DNA of 64,000 nt from Nymphaea colorata (taxonomy: Eukaryota): the NCBI RefSeq assembly GCF_008831285.2, contig NC_045138.2:19716001-19780000 (forward strand), given 5' to 3'. Below the pieces are notes generated by a model. It was not told the DNA's origin. It was given only the letters and a program-made list of their open reading frames with translations, and did not search any database. Position numbers and translations under genes: made by a program. Of this stretch, positions 59,001 through 64,000 are shown piece by piece; positions within the stretch are counted from its first letter, which is position 1; each line of letters starts with the position of its first letter.

Positions 59001-62000
59001 GTGCCCTCAGCGAATGTCTTCTTGGTTTGAGCATCCTTGACATAAACAGAAGATGGTGTGAATTCAACAGAGGAGTGAGTATCATCAATAAGTTTGGACA
59101 CTGAGATAATATTTTTCTTGACACTTGGAACAACAAGGACATTCTTTAATGGAATGGAAGAAGAACCCATGGATATTTGTGCATTTCCAATGTGCGATAT
59201 TGTGTGATGGGAACCATCTCCCGTGACTACTGAGCCTTGATCTAAATAAGGGGAAACACTAGAGAGATTACCTGTGTCACCAGTAACGTGGGCTGCTGCT
59301 CCAGAGTCCACATACCACTCTCCTTGCTCATTTTGCTTCAAGTTAAGTTTGGATAAGGCTGTCATTAGAAGTTGCTGCACGTCTGCTGAAACCTTTGAAG
59401 TTGGATTTGATCCAGACGAGGATGGAGCTGACCCCGCTACTGTCCTATTCTCGCGCCTGACCTGACTATTCTTGTTCTGAGGATTGTGCCAACATTCTGA
59501 TTTTACATGCCCCTTCTTGTTGCAATAGAAGCATGTCGGGATTCTCCTAGATGTGGCAGAGGTAGTATTCATGCCTGGCGGTGTTGGGAGAATCCCTCTT
59601 CCCATGCCTGTCTGAGGAGTCCAAGAACGAGTGCGATTTCCTTGCAGTGCGTGAGTTCCTGTGATCAATACATTGTGGCTGTTGGAAGGAACCAGATTAT
59701 GTCGTTGAACTCGACTAGCTTCATGTTGAAAAAGCTTGGCCTTTAGATCTTCAAAAGATGGGAGAACAGGTAAGACTTCCAAGGCTGTGCAAAAAATATC
59801 AAATTCCGTTCCCAGTCCACTCAAGGCTTGTTGGACTTTGTCTTTGTCGCTGACGGGATGTCCAATTGCAGCAAGCTGATCACTAACACTCTTGATTTCA
59901 TTCAAATACTCCAAAACTGTACGCGTCCCACGCTTGATATCCTGAAATTGCCTTCTTAATTGTAGAAAACGTGCTTCCGAGACTTGAGAATATGTTGTAG
60001 CAAGGGTAGACCACAACTCTAGGGCAGTTAAATCATCATCAATACCTCCCAATACCTCTTCTGACAAGGTAGAAGTGATATAAGCAACAAGAGACTGGTC
60101 GTGAGCCAGCCAAACTTCATATTCGGGATTGCTCTCAGGAAGAGTTTCATATTCAAAACTGATTTCACTTCCAGCCGAGGCCCCAACACCTTTATCTCCC
60201 ACGACTGTCTTCTTTATTTCACGGTTAACATACTTTGGAGGTGCTGGAGTAGTCCCATCGATGTGCCCATACAGTCTATGGCTCTTAATAAATGGGACAA
60301 TTTGACGTTTCCAAGTCAAATAATTACTATGGTTCAGTTTTTGAGAGATGAGTTGTGAGAGAAAACTAGAGGATAGAAGAGAGGGAGCTGGCTGGTCCAT
60401 GATTGAAAAAGAGGATTAGAACAGACGATTTGGGCAGAATTTTAGAGGTCACGATAGAAATTAGGGCAAATTAGGGCAAATTAGGGCAAACCGTGTGACT
60501 TAGGGCAAAAAACAGAATTTAGGGCAACAAAAATTAGGGCAAATCGTGGGATTAAGGGCAGAAACAGAGTTTGAGGATAACCACGGTAGAAAATAAGATT
60601 TAGGGCAGAATACTCCAAGAAGAAATCACTCACCGGAGGACGATGTAACCTGGCTCTGATACCATGTGAGAATCTTCACTAAAACATCACCGAATCATGT
60701 CTCTCCGTCTGAAAATAAGGAGGATGGAGAATAGAGAATAGAAGAAGGCAATGAAGGTAAGAGAACCGGCGGCCAATGCAGCCACACTATGCTTGATCTC
60801 TATTATTAAAACATAAACCTAATTAGGTTACAACAAAAAGAGGAATAAAACATGAAGTAATTACAAGAGGTGCCACCACTTAGACGTGAAGACATAAAAA
60901 CGAAGTGGATCGGGTCTGAACAGACCCGATCCAAACCCGATCCCTTTACATTGATGCGTACAGACTTAACAGTATGTTGCTGCATCAAGAGCTTAATGAA
61001 GTTGCCGAATTCACCTCTCATTTATACTCTGCCATAGGAGCATGTATAACTTTTTACCTTGAGCGTCTCTCTTATAACCTCTTTTGCTTTGTTCATAACT
61101 CCAAAGAGGTACCTGATGGTAGGCTTATCTTCATTTTTAACCAATCTTAAAGACTTTAACCATCAGTATGCTGATTTTTGATAATTTAATACTTGACTTT
61201 CAAAATTGACTGTTGGAAACAATATCCACAACTTTCCTGGACTTCCTATTATGAGCATGCAGATAAACAACCATTTATCACCTTGTATAAATGGGATTAA
61301 TTTATTTTCATGTGTATATTTTCGGATCAAACTCAATGTATAAATGTGGTATATATTTTGTGATCTCTTGACATTGTTTAACATTTGGTTTCATGACTTC
61401 ATCTCATCCATCTTGCCAGTATCTTCAAGCATAAGATTGATGCAATGAATTGCACATGCTCTGAAGCGAACATTCTACCTGTTGCTCTATAATTTGCTAC
61501 ATCATCTGTCATGTACTATTTGATATTATCAGGCCTGTTTCTTTCACAATATCATCAGAAACCTGAAACAAATCGGTAGTCTTTTAGAATAGCTGTTAAA
61601 ACAGCAGATTTCAAAAACATAATACCTTTAGGACAAAAAGTATAAGAAAATTGATTAATGTTCTTGTCCTCATGTCTATCCATCCACCTGTTTCTTTCTA
61701 GCTCTTCATCATAATATGTTCTTACTTATTTAACATTTGCATGAATATTTTTCCTCTCAATTGATGGTAAGAGGACATTTTACATTCAGGGCATATAGAA
61801 GCTATTGCACCTATCATAGCCTGTAAATGAAATTATTCTTTTGCGCATAAATGGAGCACATGCATCATGGAACCATCTCCTCATTGCATCATTTGCTTGT
61901 TCCACCAAATGTTTGGGGACATAGTTGTCTAAGTATCTGCTTTAGAACCTAGAGTAGTATCTGAAGGGTAAAAAACTGCCGTTTTAAGTTCCCTTTTTTC

Positions 62001-62763
62001 CAATACTTCCATATCATATCATAAGGGTCCATATGGGATGTACCCCCATATAACTAGTTATAGGGTTATAGGCTACAAGGTGATGGTTATGGGATGTACA
62101 CCCATATAACTAGTTACAGGTGTATAAGGTGATGGTTATGGTACATGTAACCTACAATATGCACAACACTGGTTTTTCATATCAGATGGAGGATTCACCT
62201 ACACCATAGATTTCATCCTTTTGCTACCATACTTTGTAATTTAGTGTTTATTTCATCTGTTTGATAGCTTATTTAGATTTTAGAACCACATTCTTTGTTA
62301 GTATCACTACTGCCCTTCGGATATGTGCTTGGAATATTTTGCTTTCAACTCACTTTATTTAAGAACCCTGCAAGCAAAAAAGAGTCTGGATAAGGCACTA
62401 GTTTACTTTGCAGTAGCTCCATGAATTCTTTGTGTTGCTTGTTTCTGAATCTATTGCATGAATGATACTGGAGAGGTTACATATCAAGTATCAACTCAGG
62501 AAATTGCTGGTGACGAGCTTGTAAGGACATTGCAAATTAAAAGCAAAATACCTAGATCAAAAGCTCTTGCTGCATTAGAGGAGAAAATTCTGTCTGTGCT
62601 TGCCGAAGAAGGTTTAATTGCAAAGGATGAGAATTATGTTCCTGCTGAATTGGTCCCTGAGGTGTATGAGGATGAAGATGAGGATGATGTTATTGTTGAA
62701 GATGGGGAAGTAGATGAAGGGGATGTCCATATAAGGCCAGTTACAAGGAAGCCTATGGCCTTG
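43246..62763 (+). CDS. PNP1: Polyribonucleotide nucleotidyltransferase (PNPase), chloroplast type, partial (continues past the window). Exons 43246-43515, 44119-44187, 45080-45186, 45279-45321, 45848-45931, 47820-47884, 48036-48192, 51885-51941, 54362-54475, 62500-62763 (410 codons)
   Basis: Transit-peptide-like exon 1, then RNase PH domain motifs [71 protein letters not shown] and [12 protein letters not shown]. The acidic stretch [24 protein letters not shown] is typical of plant plastid PNPase. GT-AG junctions keep the frame. Confidence 0.94.
49128..49475. mobile_element. hAT MITE (348 bp) in PNP1 intron 7
   Basis: Perfect 11-bp TIR CTATGTCACAC / GTGTGACATAG. Perfect 8-bp TSD ATTTTAAA (49120-49127 and 49476-49483). 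Subterminal GATACGG/CCGTGTC repeats. Confidence 0.93.
56577..56883 (-). repeat. 3' LTR of the Copia element
   Basis: Direct repeat of 60665-60971. Preceded in element orientation by the PPT TTGAGGGGGGC (56884-56894). Confidence 0.96.
56878..58176 (-). pseudogene. Copia RT-RNase H, N-terminally truncated and out of frame with gag-IN
   Basis: [36 protein letters not shown] and [12 protein letters not shown]. The N-terminal RT block (KARLVAKG...ETFSPV) is absent. The stop codon lies inside the 3' LTR. Confidence 0.9.
58079..60400 (-). CDS. Copia Gag-protease-integrase ORF (773 aa), with an out-of-frame tail after the deletion junction
   Basis: [10 protein letters not shown], zinc knuckle [14 protein letters not shown], protease [16 protein letters not shown] (WHGRLAH...CSSC), and IN core SDVWGP / CDGGGEF / [11 protein letters not shown], with homology ending at LRVFGCVCY. 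Confidence 0.92.
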   Translation of the reverse strand: MDQPAPSLLSSSFLSQLISQKLNHSNYLTWKRQIVPFIKSHRLYGHIDGTTPAPPKYVNREIKKTVVGDKGVGASAGSEISFEYETLPESNPEYEVWLAHDQSLVAYITSTLSEEVLGGIDDDLTALELWSTLATTYSQVSEARFLQLRRQFQDIKRGTRTVLEYLNEIKSVSDQLAAIGHPVSDKDKVQQALSGLGTEFDIFCTALEVLPVLPSFEDLKAKLFQHEASRVQRHNLVPSNSHNVLITGTHALQGNRTRSWTPQTGMGRGILPTPPGMNTTSATSRRIPTCFYCNKKGHVKSECWHNPQNKNSQVRRENRTVAGSAPSSSGSNPTSKVSADVQQLLMTALSKLNLKQNEQGEWYVDSGAAAHVTGDTGNLSSVSPYLDQGSVVTGDGSHHTISHIGNAQISMGSSSIPLKNVLVVPSVKKNIISVSKLIDDTHSSVEFTPSSVYVKDAQTKKTFAEGTRKGDMYVLEEAPKLSKPHPPDSCSSSHNEVNVAEYNKPSIWHGRLAHCSQSFVRSLVADGLLDKSSLSSVSESSMCSSCHLCKSHSLPFQSINKIASRIFDTIYSDVWGPAPIPSSSGSRYYVIFIDSYSRHTWIHFMKHKSEVFRLFTQFHALVRNKYSSNIVHFQCDGGGEFISNEFTEYLLDNGITRQISCSHTPQQNGIVERKHRHIVESALSMMHDTDLPMTLWTEAFHTAVHVINRLPLALLDGKSPYFLLHQEQPRYEELRVFGCVCYGHNTCDYFSCSLIWVASLSVRCQKCFSTWDS
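60647..60664 (-). other. Primer-binding site complementary to tRNA-iMet
   Basis: TGGTATCAGAGCCAGGTT immediately after the 5' LTR. Confidence 0.93.
60665..60971 (-). repeat. 5' LTR of the Copia element
   Basis: Direct repeat of 56577-56883, adjacent to the PBS. Confidence 0.96.
62032..62141. repeat. ~55-bp tandem duplication, probably subterminal repeats of the decayed hAT element
   Basis: Two copies of TATGGGATGTAC(C/A)CCCATATAACTAGTTA...AAGGTGATGGT, followed by a hAT-like end GCACAACACTG (62161-62171). Confidence 0.7.
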
Positions 62764-63098
62764 GTGAGATACTTTTTAATATATTGTTTTTTCTTTTTAC
62801 TCTTTTGCCACAATCAAGTTGATGTTGTCCTTTGTGAGTTTAAATTCCGCACATGAAAAGGATACAAATTTTTACTCTAGTTTTTCCATTTTCCATTATC
62901 TTTAGTGCAATCAAGTACTACTATCAAGTTGCCCAATTTCATTTTGACTGCTTTTCAGCAATTTAGATGTAATTTGTTGCTTGAAATGTTACTGCATCTA
63001 TGACGTTAGTGAATTCCGATCACTCAAAGGGCCTTTTTTGGATTTTTTAATGATTGTCTTAGGACAAAAGGACAGGCTACATGGGCATGTTGGTAACC

Positions 63099-63304
63099 TA
63101 AGGGTGGGTGCCGGAGCGGGCCGCTGGCAGGGGCCCAATATTTTATTATTAAAAAAATATTTTATATTTTAGAAATAGTTTTTTATTATAACCAGGCTGG
63201 GCCGGGCTCGAAACCGGGTTTCGGGTACAGGGTCCAACTTTTGGACATCGGGTCGGCGCGGACCCAGTTCTTATAGTGCCGGGCTGGCCCGATGCCCACC
63301 TCTA
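63099..63304. mobile_element. hAT MITE (206 bp) in PNP1 intron 10
   Basis: Perfect 8-bp TSD TGGTAACC (63091-63098 and 63305-63312). Imperfect TIR TAAGGGTGGGTGCCGG / CCGATGCCCACCTCTA. GGGCC-rich subterminal motifs. Confidence 0.88.
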
Positions 63305-64000
63305 TGGTAACCTTGCGACACATAAATTCTGGACCTCATAGTAACAAATATCACCGATATTTTGAATTTTGAAAGTATCACAATTTTGTAACCAAACGAA
63401 GGAAAAACTAAAAAGCTCTTTAAAGTGGGGCAAGAACACAGGATTTTCAAAGTATTGCCAGAAGTAGATACCGTCAAAACATTGCGACAAAATGTTAAGA
63501 TTTAAGGTATTAATCTTACCAAGAGTGGAATTTTGTGACAATAGTACTGGTGTATCTTTGTCAAATTTTGACCATTAGGATGTTCAAATGTGTAACTACA
63601 TTAATTACTATCCAGTTGCTAGTACGGTTGCCAAAACAGGTTGAAGTACATTTTAGTTTTGTAATTAAGTTGTTTGGTTAAGTAACATGTTGAATTGTTA
63701 AACTACTAGTCTGGACATAATTCCTCAATATAACCATTATATTATATAACTTTATAATCAATATAAATATTTTTTTGTGCTGCTTAATATATATATCTAT
63801 ATATGTGGAAGAAATACTGGCAAAATTGGCTACCATGTTTGGTCCCTGGCTTTCTATTTTTTGAGGCTAAGTGGTATTTGAGTGCTTTTGGTCGTAAGAT
63901 TCATGTAGGTGAATATGCTAGTCACACTTGTGAAAACTATTGAAGGGCTTGGAGAACTGGTTCACATATGATGACTAATATTTGTGCTATGAAGTTTCCA

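Larger units (their letters stand above)
56577..60971 (-). mobile_element. Ty1/Copia LTR retrotransposon (Ale/RE1-like), 4395 bp, internally deleted, antisense to PNP1
   Basis: Two 307-bp TG...CA LTRs (56577-56883 and 60665-60971) differing at 2 sites by my comparison. 5-bp TSD GTATG (56572-56576 and 60972-60976). PBS and PPT present. Domain order is gag-PR-IN-RT-RH. Confidence 0.97.
55800..61990 (-). pseudogene. Decayed hAT transposase (DUF659 plus C-terminal dimerisation domain) in PNP1 intron 9, split by the Copia insertion
   Basis: Motifs in order on the minus strand: [37 protein letters not shown] (~61750-61890), [50 protein letters not shown] (~61410-61690), [43 protein letters not shown] across the insertion, and [11 protein letters not shown]...[21 protein letters not shown] (~56100-56215). 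Confidence 0.88.

Noticed and set aside
10388..62763. Functional RNA-metabolism gene cluster (two PPRs, NOT3, PNP1)
   Set aside because: PPR genes are very numerous in plant genomes and the products act in different compartments. There is no evidence of co-regulation.

Overview
Eukaryotic nuclear DNA from a flowering plant (species cannot be determined from sequence alone), with long, transposon-rich introns. All host genes found are on the + strand: tRNA-Gly(GCC); a 3-exon DnaJ-like zinc-finger gene; an intronless PLS/E-class PPR gene; a 16-exon CCR4-NOT subunit 3 (NOT3) gene; an intronless PLS-DYW PPR gene; and the first 10 exons of chloroplast-type polynucleotide phosphorylase (PNP1), which runs off the window. 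Mobile DNA includes a young, internally deleted Ty1/Copia element nested inside a decayed hAT transposase in PNP1 intron 9, a decayed L1 LINE between NOT3 and the DYW-PPR, and several hAT and PIF/Harbinger MITEs with intact TSDs. The most interesting unexplained signal is in the NOT3 leader. An upstream ATG followed by a consensus GTAAG donor could splice in frame to exon 2 and replace the conserved first helix of NOT3 with MLDPFW. This is a hypothesis from sequence only. Exon coordinates were read by eye from GT-AG sites and frame continuity. No CRISPR array or prokaryote-type system is present.
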